Shown here one piece after another: positions 36,842 through 49,089 of a DNA stretch of 64,000 nucleotides. Numbering within the stretch: position 1 is the stretch's first letter; every line of letters starts with the position of its first letter. The stretch spans positions 1,922,001 through 1,986,000 of the forward strand of contig NC_086098.1 in the NCBI RefSeq assembly GCF_963921235.1. Reading direction: 5' to 3'. This DNA comes from Mobula hypostoma (Eukaryota). Both the position numbers and the translations under genes were made by a program. Under the pieces are notes generated by a model. The model did not search any database and was not told the origin of the DNA. It worked only from the letters and a program-made list of their open reading frames with translations.

Positions 36842-37554
36842 TTCACCTGGCAGAGAATCTCACCTGGTCCCTCAACACCAGCTCCATAGCCAAGAAAGCC
36901 CAGCAGCGTCTCTACTTTCTGCGAGGGCTGAGAAAAGTCCATCTCCCAGCCCCCATCCTCACCACATTCTACAGAGGTTGTATTGAGAGCATCCTGAGCA
37001 GCTGCATCACTGCCTGGTTCGAAAATTGCACCATCTCGGATCGCAAGACCCTGCAGCGGATAGTGAGGCCAGCTGAGAAGATCATCGGGGTCTCTCTTCC
37101 TGCCATTACAGACATTTACACTGCACGCTGCATCCACAAAGCAAACAGCATTATGAAGGACCCCACGCACCCCTCATACAAACTCTTCTCCCTCCTGCCA
37201 TCTGGCAAGAGGCTCCGAAACATTCAGGCTCTCACGACCAGACTATGTAACAGTTTCTTCCCCCAAGCCATCAGACTCCTCAATACCCAGAGCCTGGACT
37301 GACACCAACCTACTGCCCTCTACTGTGCCTATTGTCTTGTTTATTATTTATTGTAATGCCTGCACTGTTTTGTGCACTTTATGCAGTCCTGGATAGGTCT
37401 GTAGTCTAGTGTAGTTTTGTGTTGTTTTATGTAGTTCAGTGTAGCTTTTGTATCGTTCATGCAGCACCAGGGTCCTGAAAAACGTCGTCTCATTTTTACT
37501 GTGTGCTGTACCAGCAGTTATGGTCGAAATGACAATAAAAAGTGACTTAACTTG
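36842..37554 (+). mobile_element. 5'-truncated Rex1/Babar LINE
   Basis: [28 protein letters not shown]...FFPQAIRLLN; highly similar to the reverse complement of 63195-63657; aataaaaagtgacttaacttga tail. Confidence 0.92.
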
Positions 37555-37883
37555 ACTCCTTTGTCTTTAGTATTCTACACTGTTTCAAAGGAGGCCAAGG
37601 TAAGCTGAAGGAACATCATAATGTCCTCTGTTGAAGTTTATTGCAGCCTGCAAGACTCTAGAAGTGAATTGTAGGGTTCTGAAAGAGGTAGCAGTAAAGA
37701 TTATGAAGGCATTAGTAATGATCTTTCAAAAATCATTGGACTCTGGCAAGGTGCCAGAAGACTGGAAAATTGTAAATATCACTCCATTCCTTAAGAAAGG
37801 AGGAAGGCAGCAGAAAGAAAATTATAGACCAGTTAACCTGACCTCAGTGGTTGGGAAGATGTTGGAGTCAATTGTTAAGGATG
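37555..37883 (+). repeat. Direct repeat, copy 2 (329 bp)
   Basis: Aligns with 36526-36841 with two small indels. Confidence 0.92.
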
Positions 37884-38855
37884 AAGTGATGGAGTACTTG
37901 GAGACACAGAACATGATTTAGCTGATGGAATAGATGGCATTGTTGCCAAGTTTGCAGGTTATATGAAGATTGGTGGAGAGGCAGCTGTTGTTAAGGAAAC
38001 AGACTGCAGAAGGACCTAGACAGATTAAGAGAGTGGCAAATGAAATACAATGTTTGAAAATTCATGGTCATGCACTTTGGTTGTAGAACTAAATGTGCAG
38101 ACTTTTTATCTAAACAGGGAGAAAATCCGAAAATCTGAGATGCAAAGGAACCTGGGAGTCCTTGTGCAGAACACCTTAAAGGTTAACTTGTAGGCTGAGT
38201 CGGTGGTGAGGAAAGCAAACACAATGTTAGCATTCATTTCAAGAGGTCTAGAATACAAGAGCAGGGATGTGATGCAGAGGCTTTATAAGGAACTGATGAG
38301 GCCTCACCTTGACTATTGTGAACAGTTTTGGGCTCCTCATCTAAGAAATGATGTGCTGGTATTGGAGAGGGTTCAGAGGAGGCTCACAAGGTTGATTCCA
38401 GGAATTAAATGTTTGTCATACAAGGTATATTTGATGGCTGTTGGTCTGTACTCACTGGAATTTAGAACGATGAGGGCAGATCTCACTAAAACCTTTCGAA
38501 TGTTGAGAGGCCTAGACAGAGTTGATGTGGAAAGGATGTTCCACATCATGGTGGGGGAATCTAGGACAAGAGGGCACAGCCTTGGAATACAGGAACAGAG
38601 ATGTGGAGAAATTTCTTCTGTCAGAGGGTGGTAAATTTGGGGAATTTGCTGCCACAGGCAGCTGTGAAGAACATGTCATTGGGTGTATCTGAGGCAGAGA
38701 TTGATAGGTTCTTGATTGGCCGTGGCATCAAAGGTTACAGAGAGTAAGTCCAGGGAGTGGGGCTGAGGAGGGGAGAAAAAGATCAGCCATGATTGAATAG
38801 CAGAGCAGACTGGATGGGCTAGATGGCCCTATTCTGCTCTTATGCCGTATGGTCT
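37672..38855 (+). mobile_element. Degenerate CR1 with an internal deletion
   Basis: ORFs 37631-37921 and 38203-38634; CR1 3'UTR. Confidence 0.85.
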
Positions 38856-39472
38856 TTATTAGGTACAGAAGGCCCCATAATAAATTACCACTGAGAGTAA
38901 CTTGCAGTTTTGAAAATCATTGAGGTGTTGACAGTTATACAGGGAAAAAAAAGCCAATTGGGAAATTGCAAATTTCTATGTACTGTATACTGATATGTTC
39001 CTCACTACAGGAGTTGAATCTCAGTTGGATTGGGACCATGCTGAGTTCAGGCATTTGGTTTGGCCTTCCTGCGCTGAGCTGCATATTCCTAGCCTGGTAC
39101 TCTGTCCAGGTTAGCTGACTCATCAGCAGGGGCAGTTGTGATGGGTAGATAGGTAGATGATTAGTTTAAGAACTTTGGGCTGGAAGCTGTTAATTTTGTT
39201 GTCAATTTGAAATATGACTCGCTGCCAAACAAACGTACAGATAGTCCCTTTTTTTTGCCAATCAGAAATGGCCAATGCAGAGGATATCATTTTAAATCCA
39301 GTGGAGGAAAGTGTAGGGAAGATGTCAGAGTGAGATTTGTTACTCAGAGAGTGATCGGTGTCTGTAATGTACTGTCAGTGGTGGTGGTCGACGCAGATAC
39401 AACAGGGACATTAGGGACTCTTAGATGGGCACAGGGATGTAAGGGAAACAGAATGTTATGGGCTGGGTTAGA

Positions 39473-39619
39473 AGGTGAAGTAGGTTTATATGGGCCGTGG
39501 GCCTATGGGTCCATACAGTGTGGTACTGCTCTCTGTTCTGTGGTCTATATTCTGAGGTGAAGTAGGTTTATATGGGCCGTGGGCCTGTGGGCCCATACAG
39601 TGGTACTGCTCTCTGTTCT
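39473..39619 (+). repeat. Tandem duplication (period 82) at the tail of an old CR1 fragment
   Basis: aggtgaagtaggtttatatgggccgtgggcct...tggtactgctctctgttct occurs at 39473 and 39555. Confidence 0.85.
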
Positions 39620-39924
39620 TTGATCCTCAAACATGGTTTACCGAGTGTAGCTGAGGAGATGAGAACAAGCAGAGTAGAAAACTCATCATATGCAAATCAG
39701 ATTTGTCATGTTCAGGAAAAAAGGAACATCTAAATGGAAAAGCATAAAATCTGTTTCTCTTCTAGAAAGATCTATAATTGAGTAGTTTATATGAGGCTGA
39801 TCTGATTTAGACCCAGCTTTACTGATCTTTGATGTCATTACTGACAATTCTTTACCTGCATGCTGCTCTTAATAAGTAAAAATCTTCAAACTGTTGTTAT
39901 CTTAACTTGGAAATTAAATACTCC

Positions 39925-41475
39925 TGTAGACTGGAGGACCATATTGTCAAACACTTTCACTCCATCTGTAAGGAGGAGGATTCCCTGATAGCCAACCATT
40001 CTAATTTCAACCCTATTCCCATTCTGACAAGTCAGTTCATGGTCTCCTCTGCCAAGATGAGGCCACCCTCAAGGTGGAGGAGCAATACCTCATATTCCAT
40101 CCAGGTAGCCTCCAACCTAATAGCATGAACATCAATTTTTCTAACTTCAGATAGTTTCTTCACCCCCCTCCTTTTTTTTTCCATTCCCCATTCTGGTTCC
40201 CCCTCACCCCTTCCCTGCTCTTCACCCACCTATCAGCTCCTCTTGGTGCCCATTTGCTTCTGTTTCTCCAATGGTCTACTCTCCTCTCCTATCAGATTTC
40301 TTCTTCTTCAGTCCATTACCTTTTCCACCTAAGACCTTCCAGCTTCTTATTTCATCAGCTCGCTGCCACCCACCTGGCTTTACCTTCTTATTTTGGCATC
40401 TTCCCCCTTCCTTTCTAGTCTTGATTAGACCATAAGATATAGGAGCAGAATTAGGCATTTTGAATCCACCATTTCATCAAGACTAATCTATTTTTACACT
40501 CAGCCCCAATCTCAGACCCTCCCCATGTATCCCTTTATGCTATGACCAGTCAAGAATCTATCAGCCTTAAATATACATAAAGACTTGTCTTTCACAGCTG
40601 CCTGTGGCAACGAATCCCAGAGATTCACCACTCTCAGGCTAAATAAATTCCTCTTCATTTCCGTTCAAAATAAAGGACGCCCTTATTTTGAGGCTGTCTT
40701 CTCTGGCCTTAGACACTGCACCATAGGAAATATCCTCTCCACATCCACTCTATCAAGGCCTTTCACCATTCCATAGCTTTCAATCCCCCCTCTTTCTTCT
40801 AAATTCCAGTGAATACAAGCACAGAGCCAGCAAATGCTTTTCACATGACAAGCCTTTCAATCCTGGAATAACTTTTGTGAACCTCCTTTGAACCCTCTCC
40901 AGTTTCAGCACATCCTTTCTAAGATCAACTTCTCACAATACTTCAACTGAGGCCTCACCAGTGCTTTATAAAGTCTCAACATAACATCCTTGCTTTTATA
41001 CTCTCGTCCTCTTGAAATGAATGCTGCCATTGCATTTGCCTTCCTCACCACAGACTCAACCTGCAAATTAACCTTTAGGGAATCCTGCACTCCCAAATCC
41101 CTTTGCACCTCAGATTTTTGTATTTTCTCTCCGGTTAGAAAATAATCAACCTTTTCATTTCTTCTACCAAAATGCATGGCCATACATTCCCCAACACAAT
41201 TTTCCATCTGCCACTTTTTTGCCCATTCTCCTAATCTGTCTAAGTCCTTCTGTATACTCTCTATTCCACAAAACTACCTTTTCCTCCACGTATGTTCATA
41301 TCATTGCAAACTTTGCAACAAAGCCATCAGTTCCATCATCCAAATCACTGACATAGATCACTGATGATGGGTCTCAGCCTGAAACATCAACTGTTTATTC
41401 ATTCCCATAGTTCTTCCAGCATCTTGTGTATGTTACTCCAGAATTCCAGCATCTGCAGAATTTCTTGTGTTTATA
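39925..41475 (+). mobile_element. Penelope-like element 3' part (GIY-YIG C-terminus, UTR, hammerhead terminus), split by a CR1
   Basis: Reads ...EATLKVEEQYLIFHPGSLQPNSMNINFSNFR*; pyrimidine-rich UTR ends agtcttgat and resumes ctgatgatgggtctcagcctgaaacatcaactg at 41361. Confidence 0.8.
40426..41355 (-). mobile_element. CR1 3' part inserted into the PLE terminus
   Basis: ORF 40905-41207; gaccataagatataggagcagaattaggc tail. Confidence 0.88.
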
Positions 41476-42329
41476 TTTTAGATTATTTAAATACTATTGC
41501 AAAGGAATTTATGTCTTTGAATATTTATAATCTGGGAAATTTTCTTTGATTCAGCATTCAGGAAACCCCCAAGTCCTGCCACGTTCGCCACCCCGGCACA
41601 AAATATACCAGGAAATATAATTGTTCCTGAACTGGTAAAAACATGTCACTCAGAATTAAACACGTTCATACTAAGCAGTAACTCGCAAGATCCTTAAACC
41701 TGTAATATAAATTATGTAGTAAATAAATATTAAAGTGCGTGTATATCACCATTTACTATCTTGAGATACATTTTTTGAAGGCATTTACAAGAAAGAGAAA
41801 AAAACCAATAGAATCAATTTTCCTCTCCAAGTCCACTGAAGACGGGATCGTTTCCTGCAGACCTTTTGCCTTCTTTCTCCTTATCACTGTATTAGTTAAC
41901 ACATCTGAGGCAGCAAACATTCCCAATCAGCCTTTTCAAACACTTACCCCATCACTGAACTGTTCCCACAGCTTATGGACTCTCATGTTCTTGATATTTA
42001 TTGCTTATTCATTTATTCTTATTATTTCTTTGTTTTTCTTTTGTATTTGCACAGGTTGTTGTCTATTGCACATTTAGTGTTTGTCTGTCCCATTAGTTAT
42101 GGTCTTTCATTAATTCTATTATGTTTCTTTATATTTACTGTGAATGCCACAAGTGAACCTCTGGGTTGTATATGGTGATAACAAATTTACTTTGAACTTT
42201 CAACTTTAAAATAATGTTTTGGTGGAGATTGGTAAATTGAACAGAATCTCTGAAGGAAAAGAAACTGTTAATGTTTCGGGTTGAAATCAGGCCGTCTACC
42301 TTAATCGAGAGAGAGTATTGTAATTACAG

Positions 42330-42742
42330 TTGTTATGTGGGTAGCACAATTAGAATAACGTTTTACAGTGTCAGCGATCGGGGTTCATTTCCTGCTGCTG
42401 TCTATAAAGAGATTTTACAGTATGTTCTCCCCATGATTATGTTGGTTTGCTGCAGGTGCTCTGATTTCATGTTCTAAACTTAGAAACATCGAAACATAGA
42501 AAACCTACAACACAATACAGGGCCCTCGGCCCACAATGCTGTGCTCAACATGTACTTACTTTAGAAATTACCTAGCCCTCTGCTAAACATGTACGGATCA
42601 GTAGAGACTAATGATATGTGAGTATGCTATGTTGGTGCTGGAAGCATGGTGACATTTGTGGGCCGCCCCCAACACAAACAGCACATTTTCCTAAATGTTT
42701 CAATATTTTGATAAACATGTGAAAAATAAAGCTAATCTTTAT
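42330..42742 (+). mobile_element. tRNA-derived SINE with an inserted CR1 tail (about 42480-42580, minus)
   Basis: Head ggtagcacaattag...ggggttcatttcc; tail aataaagctaatcttt as at about 57730. Confidence 0.6.
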
Positions 42743-43211
42743 TTGTAATATTTGAGAAGCTGGAGCACTCAATGGGTCAGGCAGCATCTATGGAGAGAAA
42801 TGGGTTGAGTCAGAATGTCACTTGGGCCTCATTTCCAGGGAGACACACAGACATCGGTTCTCAATATGGAACTCATTGTTGTGTCGTCAACTATCAGGAT
42901 CTGCATCAGGTTTCATATCACTGGTATATGTCATGAAATTTGTTGTTTTGTGGCAGCAGAATATTGCTAAACAAGAATATAACTTACAGTAAGTATATAT
43001 AAAAAATATATTATTTAATTAATGCAAAAAAAAAAGAAAAGAAATAGTGAGGAAGTGTTCATGGGTTGATTGTCGATTCAGAAATCTGATGGTGGAGGGG
43101 AAGAAGATATTCTTGAAACATTGAGTGTATCTTCAAGCTGCTGTACCTTGCTCTTGATGATAGCAATGAGAAGAGGGCATGTCCTGGTGAAGGGAGTCCT
43201 TACTGAAGGAT

Positions 43212-46200
43212 GAATTGAACTGAATTGACTTTATTTCTTACATTATGTCTCTATCTGAATGTGCAGTGTGCAAATAATAGTAATTTGTAGTAAATAGTAT
43301 GTACTGTAAGATATACAACAGGTCAATATAGCTTAGAAATACAATTGTGTCTGTGCGAATTAATCAGTCTGATAGCCTGGTGGACGAAGCTGCCCCAGAG
43401 CCTGTTGGTCCTGGCTTTAATGCTGTGGTATTGTCTCCCGGAGGGTAGCAGCTGGAACGGTTTCTGGTTCAGGTGACTCAGGTTCCCAGTGACCCTTCGG
43501 GGCCCCTTTTATGCACCTGTCCTGAATAGTGGGAAGTTCATATCCACAAATACGCTGTGCTGTCCGAACCACTCTCTGCAGAGTCCTGCGATTGAGGGAA
43601 GTACAGTTCCCATACCATCAGACCACAAGAAGTAGGAGCAGAATTAGGCCATCTGCCCTATTGAGTCTGTTCCAACATTCAATTATGGCTGATCCTTTTT
43701 TTAACCCCTCCTTGACCCCAGTTCCCAGCCTTCTCCCTGTAACCTTTGATGCCATGTCCAATCAAGAACCTTTCAATCCCTGCCTTAAATACACCCAAGA
43801 ACCTGGTCTCCACAGCCGCATGTGACAACAAATGCCACAAATTCACCACTCTTTAGCTAAAGAAATTTCTCTGCATCTCTGTTTTGAAAAGGGTGCCGCT
43901 CTGTTCTGAGGCTCTACCCTCTTGTCCTCGACTCTCCCACCATGGGAAACATCCTACATCTACTCTATATAGGCCTTCAACATTCTAAAGTTTTCAATGA
44001 GATCACCCCTCATCCTTCTGAATTCCAGTGTGTAAAGGCCCAGAGCTGTCAAATGTTCCTCAAATGATAACCCTTTCATTCCTGGAATCATTTTTGTGAT
44101 CACCCTCTGGACCTTCTCCAATGCCAGCACACCTTTTCTGAGATGAGGGGCCCAATACTCAAGCTGAGGCCTCGCTAGTGTCTTGTAAAGCCTCAGCATC
44201 ACGTCCCTGCTCTTGTATTCTAGACCTCTTGAAAGGAATGCTAACATGCCATTTGCCTTCCTCACCACCAAATAGACTGGCAGGTTAACAAAGACTACCA
44301 AGTTCCTTTGCATCTCCGAATTTTGGATTTTCTCCTCATTTACAAAATAGTCCGCACATTTATTTCTACTACTAAAGTGCATGACCATGCATTTTCCAAC
44401 ATTGTATTTCATTTGCCACTTTCTTGCCCATTCTCCTAATCTACCTAAGTCCTTCTGCATCCTACCTATTTCCTCAACACTACCTGCCCCTCCACAAATC
44501 TTTGTATCATCAGCTAACTTGGCAACAAAGCCATCTATTCCATCACCTAAATCATTTATATAGAGCATAAAAAGAAGCGGTCCCAAACCAACCCCTTCAG
44601 AACACCACTAACCCTCTCCTCAAAGAATTCCAACAGGTTCATCAGACACGATTTTCCCTGAAGGAAACCATGATGATTTTGCATTATCTTGTCCTGTGTC
44701 CCCAAGCACTCCATCTTTAACAATTGACTCTAACATCTTCCCAACCACTGACGTCAGGCTAACTGGTCTATAATTTCTTTTCTGCAGCCTTCCTCCTTTC
44801 TTAAAGAGTGGAGTAACATTTACAATTTTCCAGTCCCCTGGCACCATGCCAGAGTCCACTGATTTCTGATAGATCAGTTCTAATACCACCACAAACTCTA
44901 ACGCTACCTCTTTCAGAACCCTAGGGTGCAGTTCATCTGGTCCTGGTGAATGATGTACTGTTAAGTCTTTCAGCTTTTGGAGCACCTTCTCTCTTGTAAC
45001 AGTAGCTGCATCCACTTCTCTTCCTTCACACACTACAACATCAGACATACTGCCAGTGTCTTCCACAGTGAAGACTGATGGAAACACTCATTTCATTCAT
45101 CAGCCATCTCCTTGTCCACTGTTATTATTCCTTCTGCCTCATTTTCTAGTGGTCCTATATCCACTCTCATTCCTCTTTTATTTTTAACATACTTGAAAAA
45201 ACTTTTACTATCCACTTTGATATTATTTGCTAGCTTGCTTTCATATTTCATCTTTTCCCTTCTAATGATTTTTAGTTGCTCTCTGTAGGTTTTTAAAAAC
45301 TTCCCAATCCTCTATCTTCCCACTAATTTTTGCTTTGTTGTCTGCCCTTTCTTTTGCCCTTACATTAGCTTTGACTTCCCTTGTCAGCCACGGTTGTACT
45401 ATTTTACCTTTGAGTATTTCTTCATTTTTGGAATACACATGTCCTGCACCTTCCTTATTTTTCCCAGAAACTCATGACATCCCTGCCAGCAGCTCCTTTC
45501 AATTTACTTCAGCCATCTTCTCTCTATACCACTGTAATTTCCTTTATTCCACTGAAAAACTGCTATGTCAGACTTTACTTTCTCCCTATCAAATCTCAAG
45601 TTGAACTCAATCATATTATAATCACTTCCTCCTAAGGGTGCTTTTAGCCTAGGCTCCCTGATCACCTCTGGCTCATTACATAACACCCAATCCAGTATAG
45701 CGGATCTCCTAGTAGGCTCAATGATAAACTGCTCCAAAAAGCTATCTCTTGGGCATTCAACAAACTCACTCTCTTGAGATCCATTACCAAACTGATTTTC
45801 CCAGTTGACCCGCATGTTAAAATCTCCCATGTCTACTATAACATTGCTCTTTTGACTCACCTTTTCTATTCCCTGCTGTAATCTGTGGTCCACCTCAAAG
45901 CCACGATTGGGAGGCCTATATATAATTGTCATCAGTGTCCTTTTACCCTTGACCTACAAGGATTCAGTACCTTCCGATCCTATGTCACATCTTTCTACTG
46001 ATTTGACGCCATTCTTTACCAGTAGAGCCACACCACCCCCTCTGCCTATCTTCCTATCCCTCCGATATAACGTGTAGCCCTGGACATAACAGGCAGTGAT
46101 ACAGCCAGTCAGGATGCTCTCAATTGTGCCCTTGTAGAAAGTCTTTAGGATTTGGGGACTCATGCCAAACTTCTTCAACCATCTGAGGTGAAAGAGGTGC

Positions 46201-46775
46201 TGTGTGTTTTTCGTCACCACACAGCCGGTATGTACAGACCACGTGAGATCCTCGGTGATGTGTATACTAAGGAACTTAACGCTGTTCGCTCTCTCAATCC
46301 CGGATCCATTGATGTCAATAGGGGTTAGCCTGTCTCCATTCCTCCTGTAGTCCACAACCAGCTCCTTTGTTTTTGCGACATTGAGGGTGAGGTTGTTTTC
46401 TTGACACACTGTGTCAGGGTGATGACTTCTTCTCTGTAGGCTACCTCATTATTATTTGAGATTAAGCGAATCAATGTACTATCGTCAGCAAATTTAATTA
46501 GCAGATTCGAGCTGTGGCTGGTGACACAATCATGGGTATACAGAGAGTAGAGGGGACTTAGTACACAGTCCTGAGTGGCTCCTGTGTCAAAGGGGCAGAG
46601 GTGAGGGAGCCCACTCTGCCGGCGATCTGACAGGAGGTCCAGGATCCAGCTGCACAAGGCAGGGTGAAGGCCGAAATCTCTGAGCTTCTTGTCAAGCCTG
46701 GAGAGAATTATGGTGTTGAATGCTGAACTGTAGTCCAGGAACAGCATTCTCACATAAGCATCCCTCTTCTCCAGA
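43212..46775 (-). mobile_element. Rex1/Babar LINE (RT and C-terminus), split by a CR1
   Basis: ORFs 46325-46753 (DYSSAFNTI, KFADDS) and 45954-46409; host rejoins as cagttcccatac|caggcagtgatacagcc. Confidence 0.88.
43616..46085 (-). mobile_element. CR1 LINE ORF2 (EN and RT) with deletions, nested in Rex
   Basis: ORFs 45504-45932 (YRPP, MGDFN), 44620-45087, 43960-44586. Confidence 0.92.
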
Positions 46776-47321
46776 TATCATCTTTTTGAGGCATCGCCTT
46801 TTGAAGGTGTCCTGGACGCTGTGCCCATGATGAAGCTGACTGAATTTACAGCTTTCTGAAGCTTTCCCCATCCTGTGCAGTGCTCTCCCCGTACCAGACA
46901 GTGAGAACGAAGAAGCAAGTTAGACAGAGCAGTGCTGCTGATAAAAGAAGCAGTGGTGCTTAAGGGGTTAACTATAGTCTGGTTATCGTTGACACAACTT
47001 AATTATTATCTTTTCAATTTAGAGTGAAATGTTTTTATTTATGTAAGAGTAAAATAACAAGGCATCTCTTCAGAAGTCCTCTTATTGATTTTGATCTATG
47101 CTGGGGTTTAATGACACAACCACACAAAAGGTCTTCAAAAGGTTGTAATTACACTTCTTTTCATATTGATAGGCTTCTCTGATCTGACACAAGCTATTTG
47201 TTTCCATTTATTACTGAAAATTGGGTTATATTGATATAATTAAAACTAATTTTATCTTCTTTTATCCTGGCAAATCATGCAAAAATATAAAGTGTTTTGC
47301 CTGACAAAGAGGCCGTGAATC

Positions 47322-47792
47322 ATAAACACAAGAGATTCTGCAGATGCAGGAAATCCGGAGCAACATGCTAAAAGTGTTGGAAGAGCTCTGCAGGTCAGGC
47401 AGCATCTATGGAAATGAACTGGAAAGGGAGGGGGAGAAGCCAGCAGAAGAAGGTGGAGGAGAGGAAGCTAGAAGGAGATAGGTAAAGCCAAGTGGAAGGG
47501 AGGGAAGGTGATGAAGTAAGAAGCTGGGAGGGGATAGGTAGAAAAGGTAAAGGGCTGATGAAGCATGAATCCGCTAGGAGAGGAGAGTAGACCATGGGAG
47601 AAAGCGAAGGAGGAGGGGACTCAATATAGACAGATGAAGAGAAGAGAAGAAGTAAATGGGGAAGTGTGGGGAATTGTAGGAGAGGGACTGGGAAGGGGGA
47701 GAAATTACTGGAAGATGGTGAAATTGATGTTCATGTCACCAGTTTGGAGGCTACCCAGATGGAATATGAGGTATTGGCCCTCCAATTTAAGA
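47322..47792 (-). mobile_element. Penelope-like element 3' fragment
   Basis: Reverse complement homologous to 40075-40420 plus the PLE tail; hammerhead segment is missing. Confidence 0.7.
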
Positions 47793-48836
47793 TTTTGTTT
47801 TTGCTTTTTTGCTCCTGGTGTTAATCAGATTGTTTATTCATGATTCATTGTGAACTATTGAAGCTGCTCTTTCTAGCCTCTCAAGTTAAACTATTGGTGC
47901 TGTTCTCTCCGAGTTCAGATAAATCGCAGGAGCAGCAAAAAGTATTCTATTGAAAAAATTCAATATATATGACATTTCTCCCATGAGGTATGTGTACCTG
48001 GAAAAAGGTCTTGGTTCTGCGAGGCAAGAGATCAATATTCTGCTGTTGTCTCAATTTCACTAATAAATAAAAACAAAAAAAAGTAGGTGGCAATCTCAGC
48101 CAGAGATGTACAGTATAACTATTTCAAAAAATTCCACTGATGCTTGGCTCTTCAAAAGTTAGATGTCATTGTCAGTGCCTGAGGCATTTGACAAACAGAA
48201 GAGATGTTGAATTTGACAAGCTGTTTGACTACTCAGGGTTCACTTTAGGCCGTTTTTTTTAAGTCAGAATGGCCACAAATAGAATGCTGTCAGGCAGAAA
48301 TCAAGGGCATTAATGAAGAATGTGGTGTTGAAACAAGCGTCCTTTAGCAGCTTAAACAGATAGTTGTAACTGTGTGACAAACATAAATTGCAGGAGGTCA
48401 GGTGGCATCTATGGAGATGAATAAACAGCTGTAACTTTGTTAAATTTTCAGCAATGTTTTCACATAAAAGGGCTGTGCTGTTAATTTTCTAAACCAAACG
48501 TAGACACATTCAAATGTATTCAGGGATGACAAAATGCTTATCCAGAAACAGTTAGCAACCTTACCAATCATACATAAAATACTAAGAAATGTAAAACAAA
48601 ATAATTGATATGATATAAATGATACAAATTTTGATGTGTTTAGATTGTGATTTGTAGCACACACAACTTTGAAAAGACACCTACTTCTTCTGTGCAAATA
48701 AGCAGCTTTACTATTATGAAATCCGGTTCTAAATTCAGATTTCATATTCCAAATACTTGAACAGTCCAAACTAAAAATTTAATGTTTAAATTGTCATCTA
48801 CGTTTTGAGAAACTTCTATAGATGCACTGTGGAGAC

Positions 48837-49089
48837 TGTTATGTTTTGTAACTTCAAACATTAAACTAATACAAAGAAGAAGTGGGAGTCTGGGAATGTA
48901 GGTCTGACTTCATACAGTATTTACTTTTTAGCAAAGAAGGCACGAATCAAGTGGTAACATGATTACATATGCCATTAATGTATTTATACATATAACCCAT
49001 AATGAATTACTTAAGTGAGCAAGAATGCTTAATCAACCAATGTACATACAAGATTACTCAAATATTATTGAAATATCAAATACACAACA
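48837..49089. mobile_element. Putative solo LTR (253 bp) inside a Rex-like fragment
   Basis: TGTTATGT...ACACAACA termini; exact 5-bp TSD gagac at 48832-48836 and 49090-49094. Confidence 0.75.

Noticed and set aside
36607..37302. 231-aa ORF that looks like a novel protein
   Set aside because: Chance in-frame fusion of unique sequence, a CR1 fragment and the Rex insert
41550..41610. Minus-strand reading CAGVANVAGLGG, reminiscent of the PC CGVGVAY..IGG motif
   Set aside because: Poor match, no suitable splice sites, and the intervening exons that would be required are absent
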